From contig CAVTAJ010000013.1 in NCBI GenBank assembly GCA_963732675.1, positions 34,137-98,136 on the forward strand: a stretch of 64,000 nt of DNA, in the 5' to 3' direction. Shown one piece after another: positions 9,654 through 19,298 of this stretch (positions within the stretch are counted from its first letter, which is position 1; each line of letters begins with the position of its first letter). Under the pieces are notes generated by a model that worked only from the letters and a program-made list of their open reading frames with translations, was not told where the DNA came from and ran no database searches. Origin of the DNA: Nitrospirota bacterium (GTDB taxonomy: Bacteria; Nitrospirota; UBA9217). Position numbers and translations under genes: made by a program.

Positions 9654-11081
9654 TTAGCGGTCTGCTGTTTTTTTGTATATCTGGTTAACTACCCGAGAGG
9701 TCTGAACGATCAGTGCGGAACTTTTTTGACAGGATGAACTGAATAAAATCGGACGAATAAACAAGCTAATCTTGTCGATCACGTTGATCCCATTTAATAA
9801 GTCCTCAGAAATTTCATCCTGCTTCTCCATCTTGTCCTTTGGTATGAACGGGATTGTCAGCATGCCGGGGACCGTCATCACGCACACAAGAACGAAGAAC
9901 ATCCTGTACCCCACCGCCTGCTGCAGCCAGCCGCTCACGAACCCCGGCAGCATCATGCCGAGGGCCATGATGCCCGTCGAGATGGCGTAGTGCGACGTCT
10001 TGAATCTTCCCTGCGCCGAGTACATGAGATAGACCGTGAACACGGTGAACCCCAGACCGTAGCCGAATTGCTCCATCGCCACGAGCGGATAGACAAAGCC
10101 GATGCCGGGCTGGGCATAGGCCATGTAGACGAAGAACAGGTCCGGCAAATGCATGGCGATCACCATGGGCCAGACGCAGCGCCTGAACCCGAAGCGCGAG
10201 ATGAGCCAGCCTCCAAGGATCCCGCCGAAAACCAGACACAGAACGCCCACCGTGCCGTAAACAAGGCCGACCTCTTTGGTAGTGAGCCCCAGCCCGCCGA
10301 CACCCGCCGCGTCGAGAAGAAATGGAGAGACCAGTTTCAGGAGCATGGCCTCGCCCAGACGATAGAACAGGATGAACGCCAGCATCACGCCGACCTTCTC
10401 CTGCCGGAAGTAAGCGCTGAAAACCTCAATAAATGACGCGGTCTCTTCCTTTTCCTTCCCCGGACCACCGCTGTCAGATGCGGGGAACGGGAGCGAAAAT
10501 TTGTGATACACCACCGCCCCTGCGAAGATCAACCCGGATGCGGCCATGACCGTCGACCAGCTCCACGCGATATCGCCACTCGATGTTTCGAGCATGCCCG
10601 CAACGTATACGAGAAATCCGGAGCCGAAGATCATCGCCAGCCGGTAAAAACCGGCCCGGAGCCCTACGAACAGGGCCTGTTCCTTCTCCGAGAGCGCGAG
10701 CATGTAGAACCCGTCCGTGGCAATGTCGTAGGTCGCCGAGATGAATGCGCCCGCGCAGAACGCTGCCAGGGACAGGAAAAAGAACGCTTCAGTCCTGAGC
10801 GAAAAGGCGATGACGAACATGCAGAGACTCATCGCCGCCTGGGTGCCGAGGATCCACTTCCGCTTGGTCGAATACACATCAACAGCCGGCCCCCAGAACA
10901 TCTTGAGGACCCAGGGTAGATAGAGCCAGCTCGTCCAGAAGGCGATGTGCGCATTGTCGATGCCCATGCGCTTGTACAGGATGACCGAGACCGTATTGAT
11001 CAGCACGTAGGGCAGGCCTTCGGCAAAGTAGAGCGTGGGAAGAAACGACCAGGGCGTGCGGGAGGTTCGTTGTTTTTTCAT
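9654..11081 (-). CDS. MFS transporter, AmpG (muropeptide permease)-like
   Basis: 475 aa with about 12-14 TM segments. N-terminal PTLYFAEGLPYVLINTVSVILYKRMG and LPWVLKMFWGPAVD resemble AmpG/PAT-family MFS proteins. Confidence 0.7.
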   Translation of the reverse strand: MKKQRTSRTPWSFLPTLYFAEGLPYVLINTVSVILYKRMGIDNAHIAFWTSWLYLPWVLKMFWGPAVDVYSTKRKWILGTQAAMSLCMFVIAFSLRTEAFFFLSLAAFCAGAFISATYDIATDGFYMLALSEKEQALFVGLRAGFYRLAMIFGSGFLVYVAGMLETSSGDIAWSWSTVMAASGLIFAGAVVYHKFSLPFPASDSGGPGKEKEETASFIEVFSAYFRQEKVGVMLAFILFYRLGEAMLLKLVSPFLLDAAGVGGLGLTTKEVGLVYGTVGVLCLVFGGILGGWLISRFGFRRCVWPMVIAMHLPDLFFVYMAYAQPGIGFVYPLVAMEQFGYGLGFTVFTVYLMYSAQGRFKTSHYAISTGIMALGMMLPGFVSGWLQQAVGYRMFFVLVCVMTVPGMLTIPFIPKDKMEKQDEISEDLLNGINVIDKISLFIRPILFSSSCQKSSALIVQTSRVVNQIYKKTADR

Positions 11082-11656
11082 GCGATAAAGAGTAGCAGAT
11101 TGTCAAGAAAACATCCAGAAAAAACACTACGGCAGGGGATGGTAGTGTTATTGTAATTCTTCATTTGTGCTTTAAGATATCGTGCGGTCCGAGCGTGCCG
11201 CATTGCGCTTCTACATCTTTTTTCTTGCTTAACTACTGCTTTTTTCTCTTCAGTCGCCTCAACCTTCACCAGGTCCAATGTTTTCTTTGCATCGGGGACC
11301 AACGCGCTGTCCGGATACTGTTCCAGAAATTTTTCCAGCCGCGTGATGGCAGCTTCTCTTTCACCCCTCACAGCGCGTTCGACGGCGGCCTTGAACTTCG
11401 TCAGCTCTTCTTCCGTCACCAGTTCGTCGCCTGTCTTGCCCATCCAATAAAGCTTGACGAAAGGATCGTCCTTTGCGCCCCGCTCACTTGCGACTCCCGC
11501 GCTCGGGGGCAGGATCTTCTTTGGTACGATCGTTTCGATCTTCTTCTGGATCACCTTGAGCCAGTCCGCAAGGGTCGATCCCTTCTGTTCCCCGGCCAGG
11601 GCCGATGTGCAGCACAGGGCGATCATCGCAAAAAAAATTAACAGCCTTTTCAACAT
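11078..11656 (-). CDS. Secreted hypothetical protein (helical, Lys/Glu-rich)
   Basis: Signal peptide MLKRLLIFFAMIALCCTSALAG. There is a 4-nt overlap with the downstream MFS start. The C-terminal ~45 aa look non-native, and an alternative frame ends ..KKDVEAQCGTLGPHDILKHK at ~11163, so the 3' end is uncertain. Confidence 0.5.
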   Translation of the reverse strand: MLKRLLIFFAMIALCCTSALAGEQKGSTLADWLKVIQKKIETIVPKKILPPSAGVASERGAKDDPFVKLYWMGKTGDELVTEEELTKFKAAVERAVRGEREAAITRLEKFLEQYPDSALVPDAKKTLDLVKVEATEEKKAVVKQEKRCRSAMRHARTARYLKAQMKNYNNTTIPCRSVFSGCFLDNLLLFIA

Positions 11657-11705
11657 TACTCCTCCCTGAGGGGGAATGGCAGATCCTGCATCGTGTATCG
11701 AGGTA

Positions 11706-14700
11706 TTATTTCACGATCTCCAAACTCACCGCGAGGTCCGCATACTGCCGCAGGACCCTCGGGTCGATCGCGGCTGCGTCCTGAAAAAGCTTCTTGGCTT
11801 CCTCTTTTTTGCCTGTCTGAAGCAGGGTGCGGGCAAGATTCACCATGATGCCCGGCTCTCCCGAAGATGCCTTGAGCGCCGCCTCATAGGCCAGGCGCGC
11901 GTCGTCGAACCTGCTCTGCAGATAGCTGATGTTCCCGATATTATTGAGCGCCAGGGCATTGGTCTTGTCATGGGCCAGCATCTTCTGGAACTGTTCGAGC
12001 GCTTCTGAAGTAAGGCCGTTCTCCGCAAAGAGGATGCCGAGCTGGGCAAGGGCATTCTTGTCGTAGGGATTCTTTTTGAGCATCTCCCGGTAGCCGGCTG
12101 AAAGGTTCATAAGGCGCTGACGGCCAAGCGTTTCCAGCTCGTCCTTATATGCCGCCTCGATCGCGTCGCGTTTGACTTTCACGCGCAGGTCTGTTTTCGG
12201 GAGCACGACCGGCATGAACTCTTCCCAGGCCTTCTGGACACTGATGATGTCCACGCTCTTCCTGGCCGACCAGTCGCGATATTCCTCCGCGCCCTTCTGC
12301 CATGCCCGGGTGAAGGAGGCGCCCACCATGGTCATCTCCACCGGTATCCAGACCATACCCTGGTGCAGCACGAGCAGTTCGTCAGGGAACCCGAGCGTGA
12401 TCCTGTCCTTTTCAAGGACGCCGGTGTTGAACATCACGAACAGGTGGCCCGGAACTTTTACGAACGCGGTCCCGATACCGATGTTCTCCATGCATGCCGC
12501 GAACAGGACCGAGAGGTCGTCGCAATCTCCGCTTTTTCTCGAGAGCGTATCCCGGGGGAACTGCAGGTAGTCAACCGCCGATGCGCTATTGGAAAACTCC
12601 GTGAACGGGCTCGTGGGGTCTACAAGGTACTTGAGCCCCAGAACACCCAGCGCATCATAGATGCCCCTCGCATATACGATAGATTGCGGCACATTCGGGT
12701 GAGCATCAATATACTCTTGGACCACCAGCCTGCTGAAGTCCGCCACCACGGGGGCCTTGTGCGTTACGAAGGCGCCGAGCTTTGCCTTCCGGTCCCACCG
12801 CATCGCGTGCCGCTCAAAGAGGACCAGCGGGAAGCTCCTCTTCACGGTCCTGGGCCCGCCCCCTTCATACACGGAGACCGTAACTTCGCCCCGAAGCGGC
12901 GTGTTGTCGGTGTCATCGAGGACAAGATTGTTGAAGAGCGGCTTCAGCAGGACCTCGATCTGCTGTTTCGCGCCTATCTCGGCGATCACGGTCTCCATGG
13001 GGGAGTACATGTAATCCTTGACCATGAGGCTCAGCTTCACTTTCTGATAGGCTCTATCGGTATTGTTCGCGATCACGACCTTTCCGAGCGTATGGGACCC
13101 ATAATATTGATACACCGACGCGAAGATCTCGTCTGCCTCGATCCTGGTTATCGCGAGCGGCGGCACAACGAGCGGCGCCCTGGGCGTCGAGGCGAAGACC
13201 ACCTGGCTCGCCGGACTTTCATCGCCCTCCTTGCCCACGGCGGTGATCTGGTAATAGTAGATGGTCTCGTCCTGGAGCGGGCCGTCGGTAATAATGGTCT
13301 TGTCCGTCTCGATCAGGAGCTCGAAGCCCGCGGACACTTGTTTGGTGCGGTACACCCGGTAATGGTTAATAAAGGGCTCAAGATTCGGCAGCCACGAGAT
13401 CGTGATCTGTTTCTCCTGAGCCTCGACCCTGACCCGTTTGGGGACGCCGGGTACCAGCTTTGGCGTGACCGCGGAAACGAAATCCGACAATGCGCTTTCG
13501 TTCCCCTCCTGTGCCTGGCTGCTCACACGGTAATGGAAGGACCGGTTGGTCTGCAGGTTCTTGTCCAGATAGAATGGCGTGGTCGACGTGCCGACGAGCG
13601 TGAATTCCGCTGTCGGTGAATCAGCCCGGTAGATCTTATACTGCTCCAGATAGGTCTCCGTATTGCCCTTCCAGCTCACCTGGACCAGGTTTGCGCGCGC
13701 CTGGGCAGACAGCTCTATCGGGACTGCCGGTGTGTGCCTCAGCAGGAAGACCTGCACCCTGTTGTTTCCGCGGTCGCCCACGTACAGCCACCGGCCCTCT
13801 TCCAGTGCCAGCCCGAGGGGCGCCCGAAACTTGCCGGACACGGTGCCTTCGCTCCCGAACTTTCTCAGGAACCTTCCGCTGTTGTCAAATACCTGAATGC
13901 GGGCGTTCCCCGCATCGAGCACGTACACTTCATTGTCCGGAGAGACCACGATGTTTTCAGGTTCCCGGAACTCGGCGTCCTGAGTGCCGGTCTTTCCTGC
14001 TTCCCAGAGAAGTCTCCCATCGCTGTCGTATTTCGCGATCCGGTCATTCCCCCGGTCCACCACATACAGGTTCTCCGCTCCATCCACCGCAATGTCCACG
14101 ATCTCATTGAACTGGCCGGCCAGCTTTCCTTTTTTTCCGAAACTGCCGATGAAGGCACCCCTGGCATTGAAGACCTGCACGCGTTTGTTCCCGGTGTCGG
14201 CGATACAGAGATTTCCTTTCGGGCTCACTGCGATACCGGATGGCGAATGGAACTCGCCCTCACCGCTACCGGACTTTCCGATCACGTGCAGGAGGTTCCC
14301 ATCACGGCTGAACTTCTGAAGCCGGTCGTTGCCCGTGTCAGCGACCCAGAAGTTCCCCTGGCCGTCCACCGCAAGTCCGCGGGGATTCTTCAAGAACGCC
14401 GGTTTGCTGCCCCGCGAACCGATGGTGCGGACGTCGTCAACACCCAGCGTGGAGAGGGAATCACCCAGTATGCCCCATGCGCGGTTGTTGAACGTGATCG
14501 CCACGGCCCCGCCGGGCATTTCCTTGAGGAACTCCATTGTCGGCAGCGGAGACGCCGGCGTGAGCATCGGCGCGTCGTCACGCTCCGCTACAAACACCTG
14601 GACCGTGCTCTTGCCCGCGTCGACCACCCAGATCTTTCCCTCCGGGTCGACGGTCAGCCCTGCGGCCACATAGAACTGTCCGTGGCCGTCACCCGCGGAA

Positions 14701-15575
14701 CCGCTTGAACAGACCAGGTTCCCCTGGCCATCGAACTTTTTGACCTTGAAGTTGCCCGTGTCCGCAACATAGATGTTCCCGCGGACATCCACGGCTACGC
14801 CCTGCGGCTTATCGAACCCTGCAATTCTGATCCCCCGGGAACCGAATGCCACGACCTGCGTGCCGGAAGGATCGAACACGCGCACCATGTTTTTACCTGC
14901 ATCGAGCACGTAGACGCGGTTCTGGACATCCACGGCCACTCCTACCGGTGACTTCATATCGGATTTCGCGATCTTCGCCGCGATCTGAGTCATGAAAATG
15001 CCGTCAACCGTCAGCACCTGAACACGGCTGTTGCCGGTATCAGCGATGTACACCAGTCCTTTCGACACAGCGATCCCGATGGGCGAGTTGAACTCGCGGG
15101 GCCCGTCGCCTTTGGCGCCGAAACTGCGGAGCCATTTCCCTTCCCCGTCGAAGACCTGCACGCGGCTATTGCCGGTGTCCGCAATGTAGACGCGGCCCTG
15201 CTCATCGATCGCGATCCCCGCCGGCGATCTGAACTGGCCGGGCTTGCTCCCTTTGCCGCCCCAGGTCAGGACCGTATTGCCGTTCTGGTCCAGCACCACG
15301 ACCCGGTGGCCGTCGGTATCGGCAGCGTACAGGCGGTCCCCGTAAGCAGCCAGAGCGCGGGGTGCGTTGAATTGACGCTGCTTCGCCTGACCACCCATCT
15401 CACCGATCTCGCGCACGAACTCCATCTGCTGGTATGCAGAAGCCGGCATCGCAGACAGCAGAGAGAGCAGACAGATGAAGACAATATGCCGAACTGCCAC
15501 CACGTGCAAACCTCCTGAAAAACCACTACAGTATAACACGGAGCCCACGAACGGAACAATGAATAATGTTTGCAT
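11706..15575 (-). CDS. Giant secreted NHL-repeat / FN3 / transglutaminase-like / TPR protein
   Basis: About a dozen NHL repeats (recurrent G.F..P.GIAVD..G..YVADTGN.RVQVF). FN3-like segments (VSWKGN..YKIYR, ISWLPN..YRVYR). Transglutaminase-like core SGDCDDLSVLFAACMENIGI..VPGHLFVMF. C-terminal TPR repeats. Confidence 0.85.
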   Translation of the reverse strand: MQTLFIVPFVGSVLYCSGFSGGLHVVAVRHIVFICLLSLLSAMPASAYQQMEFVREIGEMGGQAKQRQFNAPRALAAYGDRLYAADTDGHRVVVLDQNGNTVLTWGGKGSKPGQFRSPAGIAIDEQGRVYIADTGNSRVQVFDGEGKWLRSFGAKGDGPREFNSPIGIAVSKGLVYIADTGNSRVQVLTVDGIFMTQIAAKIAKSDMKSPVGVAVDVQNRVYVLDAGKNMVRVFDPSGTQVVAFGSRGIRIAGFDKPQGVAVDVRGNIYVADTGNFKVKKFDGQGNLVCSSGSAGDGHGQFYVAAGLTVDPEGKIWVVDAGKSTVQVFVAERDDAPMLTPASPLPTMEFLKEMPGGAVAITFNNRAWGILGDSLSTLGVDDVRTIGSRGSKPAFLKNPRGLAVDGQGNFWVADTGNDRLQKFSRDGNLLHVIGKSGSGEGEFHSPSGIAVSPKGNLCIADTGNKRVQVFNARGAFIGSFGKKGKLAGQFNEIVDIAVDGAENLYVVDRGNDRIAKYDSDGRLLWEAGKTGTQDAEFREPENIVVSPDNEVYVLDAGNARIQVFDNSGRFLRKFGSEGTVSGKFRAPLGLALEEGRWLYVGDRGNNRVQVFLLRHTPAVPIELSAQARANLVQVSWKGNTETYLEQYKIYRADSPTAEFTLVGTSTTPFYLDKNLQTNRSFHYRVSSQAQEGNESALSDFVSAVTPKLVPGVPKRVRVEAQEKQITISWLPNLEPFINHYRVYRTKQVSAGFELLIETDKTIITDGPLQDETIYYYQITAVGKEGDESPASQVVFASTPRAPLVVPPLAITRIEADEIFASVYQYYGSHTLGKVVIANNTDRAYQKVKLSLMVKDYMYSPMETVIAEIGAKQQIEVLLKPLFNNLVLDDTDNTPLRGEVTVSVYEGGGPRTVKRSFPLVLFERHAMRWDRKAKLGAFVTHKAPVVADFSRLVVQEYIDAHPNVPQSIVYARGIYDALGVLGLKYLVDPTSPFTEFSNSASAVDYLQFPRDTLSRKSGDCDDLSVLFAACMENIGIGTAFVKVPGHLFVMFNTGVLEKDRITLGFPDELLVLHQGMVWIPVEMTMVGASFTRAWQKGAEEYRDWSARKSVDIISVQKAWEEFMPVVLPKTDLRVKVKRDAIEAAYKDELETLGRQRLMNLSAGYREMLKKNPYDKNALAQLGILFAENGLTSEALEQFQKMLAHDKTNALALNNIGNISYLQSRFDDARLAYEAALKASSGEPGIMVNLARTLLQTGKKEEAKKLFQDAAAIDPRVLRQYADLAVSLEIVK

Positions 15576-15701
15576 CCGTCAATTGCCAACACCAATTCGG
15601 GCGATTTTCCCTGCGAACGATTTTCCTTTGACTTTCTAGCCATATTCAGGTATTTTCGTACAGGTAAGTGAGTTCACGCCATACTCGAGAGGTCCATTAT
15701 C

Positions 15702-17516
15702 ATGAAATCAATAAAATCCATGTTACTGGTCTTGACCGCAGCGCTCATCCTCCATTCCGCAATTGCGCCGAATATGGCCCAGGCGGATGAAATCATCGCG
15801 AACAACTCCTCGACTGCCTCGTGCAGTTCCACCGCCACCCCCCCATGTTATACCACCATCCAGCAAGCTATAGATGCTGCTGTTACGCTTAACCTTGACA
15901 GCGCTACGACCGGAATAATCTACTCAGTACGGGTGGAACCAGGTGAATATCCGGAAAATCTCACCTTGAACGGGATCACGGTGCAGGGACGCGAGACAGC
16001 AAGGACCATCTTATCCGGCGGAGGGAGCGGCACGCTCGCCACGGCAAACATCAGCTCAACCAGCATCATCTCCAACCTTACCTTTGCCAATGCCTCGATC
16101 GGCATTGATGCCTCGAACAATACTGCATCCTTTGAGATCAGGAACAATATCTTCAGGGCGATCACTACAGCCGTCACATTACAGAGTTCTTCGAATACAA
16201 CAATCATCAACAACGTCTTTTACGCGAACGGGACCGCAATAAGCACCAACGAAGACAGGGTGATCAAAAACAATATCTTTCTGTCGAACACCGCGGCAAT
16301 ATCTACGACTGCAACGACAGTTTCAAATATTACCTACAATGATTTTTTCTCAAATGCATCGGACGGTGTAGTGTGGGATACCGTTACCAACATTACCTCA
16401 GATCCCTTGTTCGTCGATGCATTTTCATCAACCCCTGACTTTCACCTGCTATCCGGATCACCATGCATAAACAAAGGCAATGCAACTGATATGGGTGCGT
16501 ACGGAGGATCTGGTACGGACACGATACCGTTTCAGGTGTCCGGGGTGGCCAGCTCTCTGGATACGACAACGAATATCATTTCCGTGAGCTGGAATGCAAA
16601 CAACAGTTATCTTGTGACAGGTTACCGGGTCTACTACGGGTCCAAAACCGGCGTCTATACCGGCACCGGCGCAACAGAAGGCGCTTCCCCGATAAGTATT
16701 CCGTCCGCTGCGACTACTTCCGCAACATTAAGCGGTCTGACTTCGAACGTCACAACCACCCCGGCAAGCCCGACGCTCACCTCGGTGTCCCCGCTCAACG
16801 AAAGCCTCGCCCTGAGCTGGGATGCTGTTGACGGAGCTACGAGTTACCGGATCTACTACGGCACGTCTTCTCCGCCGAGCACGACTGTCGACGTCGGCGA
16901 TACAACAACCTATACTCTGTCCGGTCTTACGAACGGCCAAACATACTACGTTGCGGTGTCCGCCATTGCCCAGCCCGCGTACTATATTGCAGTGACCGCT
17001 ATTGACAGTACCGGCCCCTACGACCCCGGCATAGGTCACGAAAGCGCTTATTCCCTGGAATCGAGCGTAAGCGTCGGTAGCCCCATGGAAAGCGGCCTTT
17101 CGAACATCATAAGTGATTTTCCCGAGGCCCTCGTGGCATATCCGAACCTTACGAGCCAAGGCCCAAGCCTGCATTGTTTTATCGCGACAGCGGCCTTTGG
17201 ATATTATTCAGCGCCGGAGGTGCAGGCATTGCGCGAATTCCGCGACCGTTACCTGCTCACGAACAGCGCAGGCAGCGCATTCGTCAGATGGTATTACGAG
17301 CACGGCCCGGCAGCTGCAGCCTTTATCAACGCACACCCGGCATATAAGCCCGTGGTCAGGGCAGCGCTTATGCCGGCGGTCGGCGCGGCGCTCTTAATGA
17401 CGAGAACGTCGTTCTTCATCAAGACAATCGTTACCCTGTTCATCCTGACGATTGCTCTCATGATGGCGTATCGTTCTTCCAGAAAGAAACTTTCCGGTTC
17501 GGGAGGGTCACTGTGA
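15702..17516 (+). CDS. Secreted right-handed beta-helix / FN3 protein with CFIATAAFG C-terminal anchor module
   Basis: Signal peptide ..IAPNMAQA. Repeated NN(I/V)F..N.. beta-helix rungs. Two FN3-like segments (VSWNAN..YRVYYG, LSWDAV..YRIYYG). The C-terminus is CFIATAAFGYYSAPEVQALREFRDRYLL.. followed by a TM helix and RSSRKK. Confidence 0.8.
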   Translation: MKSIKSMLLVLTAALILHSAIAPNMAQADEIIANNSSTASCSSTATPPCYTTIQQAIDAAVTLNLDSATTGIIYSVRVEPGEYPENLTLNGITVQGRETARTILSGGGSGTLATANISSTSIISNLTFANASIGIDASNNTASFEIRNNIFRAITTAVTLQSSSNTTIINNVFYANGTAISTNEDRVIKNNIFLSNTAAISTTATTVSNITYNDFFSNASDGVVWDTVTNITSDPLFVDAFSSTPDFHLLSGSPCINKGNATDMGAYGGSGTDTIPFQVSGVASSLDTTTNIISVSWNANNSYLVTGYRVYYGSKTGVYTGTGATEGASPISIPSAATTSATLSGLTSNVTTTPASPTLTSVSPLNESLALSWDAVDGATSYRIYYGTSSPPSTTVDVGDTTTYTLSGLTNGQTYYVAVSAIAQPAYYIAVTAIDSTGPYDPGIGHESAYSLESSVSVGSPMESGLSNIISDFPEALVAYPNLTSQGPSLHCFIATAAFGYYSAPEVQALREFRDRYLLTNSAGSAFVRWYYEHGPAAAAFINAHPAYKPVVRAALMPAVGAALLMTRTSFFIKTIVTLFILTIALMMAYRSSRKKLSGSGGSL

Positions 17517-18151
17517 AAAAGATCATACTATTTTTACTCGCGCTTACTGTTCCGGCAGTTGCGTATGCCGAGGAGCCGCTCCTTGCAGGTCCCTCCTGGT
17601 CCCTGGAACTAAAGGGCGGCATGTTCGCACCGGCCCTTGACGACTGGTCCCGGTACTACGGCAAGAAAGACATGCCGGAGTATGCAGGTACGCTGGCGTA
17701 CAAGGTCCTGCGCCAGGTCGAGATTGGGGTCGGCGGGGGAATGGCAAAGGACAAAGGCCAGGCCACCGCGCCGATCCATGGTACCTTATCTGGAGAAGTC
17801 ACCTACAAGCTGTATCCGCTCAATGTCTTTGTTCTGGTGCGCGGTATTATAACTGAAAATCAATGGGTGGTGCCGTACATCGGCGGCGGCTGGACCAGAA
17901 TATATTACCGCCAGACGGTCGAGAGCCAGGGGCAGGCGCGCGGCTCGGCGGACGGCTACCATGTAAGGGGAGGCCTGCAGCTTTCCCTGGACAATCTTGA
18001 CGAGAGCGCGGCTGACAACTTATACAGTGAAGATGGTGTATACCACACCTATTTCTTTGTCGAGGTCGAACGGACGAAGGCGAAGGTCAAATCCTCGTCA
18101 GTGGATCTCGGCGGCACTGCCTATCTGATGGGACTGCTGTTCGAGTTTTAA
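17513..18151 (+). CDS. Outer-membrane beta-barrel protein
   Basis: GTGA start/stop overlap with the upstream gene. Signal peptide ..VPAVAYA. Alternating amphipathic strands and a terminal ..AYLMGLLFEF (C-terminal Phe OMP signature). Confidence 0.7.
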   Translation: MKKIILFLLALTVPAVAYAEEPLLAGPSWSLELKGGMFAPALDDWSRYYGKKDMPEYAGTLAYKVLRQVEIGVGGGMAKDKGQATAPIHGTLSGEVTYKLYPLNVFVLVRGIITENQWVVPYIGGGWTRIYYRQTVESQGQARGSADGYHVRGGLQLSLDNLDESAADNLYSEDGVYHTYFFVEVERTKAKVKSSSVDLGGTAYLMGLLFEF

Positions 18152-18351
18152 AGACAACGCGGAATGCGGATGAGCCTTCCGCACACACACCCCTGGTAGA
18201 GCGCTGGTACGTGAGCATCCTGCATAATATATCGGCCCATTCCTGAAGTGATTCGATTGCAGTGTCGGACTTTTTTATTCTCCATCAATCCTGCCGTTAT
18301 AATCCTTCCCATGTGCAACCCTGCTCACACCTGTCCTTTCCTGAAGCAATC

Positions 18352-18683
18352 ATGCTCGGAGAAACCTGCAATATTGCTGGTAAGAACAGCCGGTGGTCCA
18401 AAGACGACTATTGTGATCTTATTGTCTGGTATGATACGGACCGGAGGGTGAGCGCGTTTCAACTCTGCTGCAACAGGCAAGGGATCGAACATGCATAGAC
18501 GCGGATGAAGGGAACAGGGATGGACCATCACCGGATCGACCGCGGTGAGGCATCACCGCTAAAGAACAGGACACCGGTCCTGGTCCCGGACGGTACCGTG
18601 CCTTATGACAAGCTTGTGCGCAAATTCACTGAACGCGCTAAGAATATGAACGTGAGCTTTATACGCTGGTGCGGCGGAAGTAA
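18352..18683 (+). pseudogene. Conserved-looking hypothetical ORF with in-frame TAG and a frame break
   Basis: MLGETCNIAGKNSRWSKDDYCDLIVWYDTDRRVSAFQLCCNRQGIEHA-TAG(18496-18498)-TRMKGTGMDHHRIDRGEASPLKNRTPVLVPDGTVPYDKLVRKFTERAKN stays in one frame. A plausible end ELYTLVRRK-TAA (18681-18683) needs a shift near 18650. Confidence 0.35.
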
Positions 18684-18807
18684 TCGGAGAGCAGGTGTGC
18701 GGTTGATGCGTGATCATTATCTGATCAGGTATTCATGTCGTCTGTTCACAATGGCTGAAAGGTCCGCAGGCGTTCCTCCGCCCGCTGGAACGCCTGCTTG
18801 CCGCCCC

Positions 18808-18978
18808 TTACCAGCAAAAGACCTTGTCGCTGGTGAACACGTCCGTCACGAGTTTGTCGTATGCAATGCCGCCCTGCGTGAGATCGATGACCTTCGATTG
18901 ATTGCCCGAAGCCTGCGCCTCAATGATCTTCTTTGTGCTTGCGTCCGGCGTTTTTTTCACAATATGCAGAATCTTCAT
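18808..18978 (-). CDS. Small DsrH-like/conserved hypothetical protein (set A, 56 aa; missing from the ORF track)
   Basis: Strong RBS GGAGGA, then ATG 18978. MKILHIVKKTPDASTKKIIEAQASGNQSKVIDLTQGGIAYDKLVTDVFTSDKVFCW is a clear paralog of 21054..21221. Confidence 0.6.
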   Translation of the reverse strand: MKILHIVKKTPDASTKKIIEAQASGNQSKVIDLTQGGIAYDKLVTDVFTSDKVFCW

Positions 18979-18996
18979 GGAGCGGTCCTCCTTCTC

Positions 18997-19275
18997 TTAG
19001 TACGGCACCACAAGGTCATACTCAAGGAGTTTCTTTGCCATCTCCTCAAGGGTGATCGTGGCGTAGCCGTTTTCCGGATTATTGGAGTACATCTTCAATT
19101 CAAGTTCCGTGGCCAGCTCGAGCGGCTGCGCGACCTCAGGATTCTCCTGGTCAAGCTTGCGGTCGAGAACAAAAACATCGATGGTATCGTCCGCAAGCGT
19201 AAGCCCGCCCGCTACGCGAAGCGCTTCGGCCTGCCGGTCCCGTACGATAACTGCTATCTTTTTGGTGTCTCCCAT
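18997..19275 (-). CDS. DsrF/DsrH-like conserved hypothetical protein (set A, 92 aa, no Cys)
   Basis: KKIAVIVRDRQAEALRVAGGLTLADDTIDVFVLD.. and C-terminal KKLLEYDLVVPY. Paralog of 20756..21028. Confidence 0.7.
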   Translation of the reverse strand: MGDTKKIAVIVRDRQAEALRVAGGLTLADDTIDVFVLDRKLDQENPEVAQPLELATELELKMYSNNPENGYATITLEEMAKKLLEYDLVVPY

Positions 19276-19298
19276 GGATCACTCCTTCCTGCGATAAA

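Noticed and set aside
9268-9688. ORFs 9268..9528 and 9347..9688 as separate genes
   Set aside because: Only the RBS-preceded frame from ATG 9365 has membrane-protein character. The rest is explained by one frame break in a single small gene.
12363-14708. Long plus-strand ORFs (418 aa, 324 aa and others) inside the NHL-repeat gene
   Set aside because: They are antisense shadows of a well-supported 1289-aa gene, with no start context or motifs.
18496-18498. In-frame TAG as a pyrrolysine codon
   Set aside because: No pyl genes or methylamine methyltransferase context occur in the window, and the same ORF also needs a frame correction. A pseudogene or a base error is more likely.
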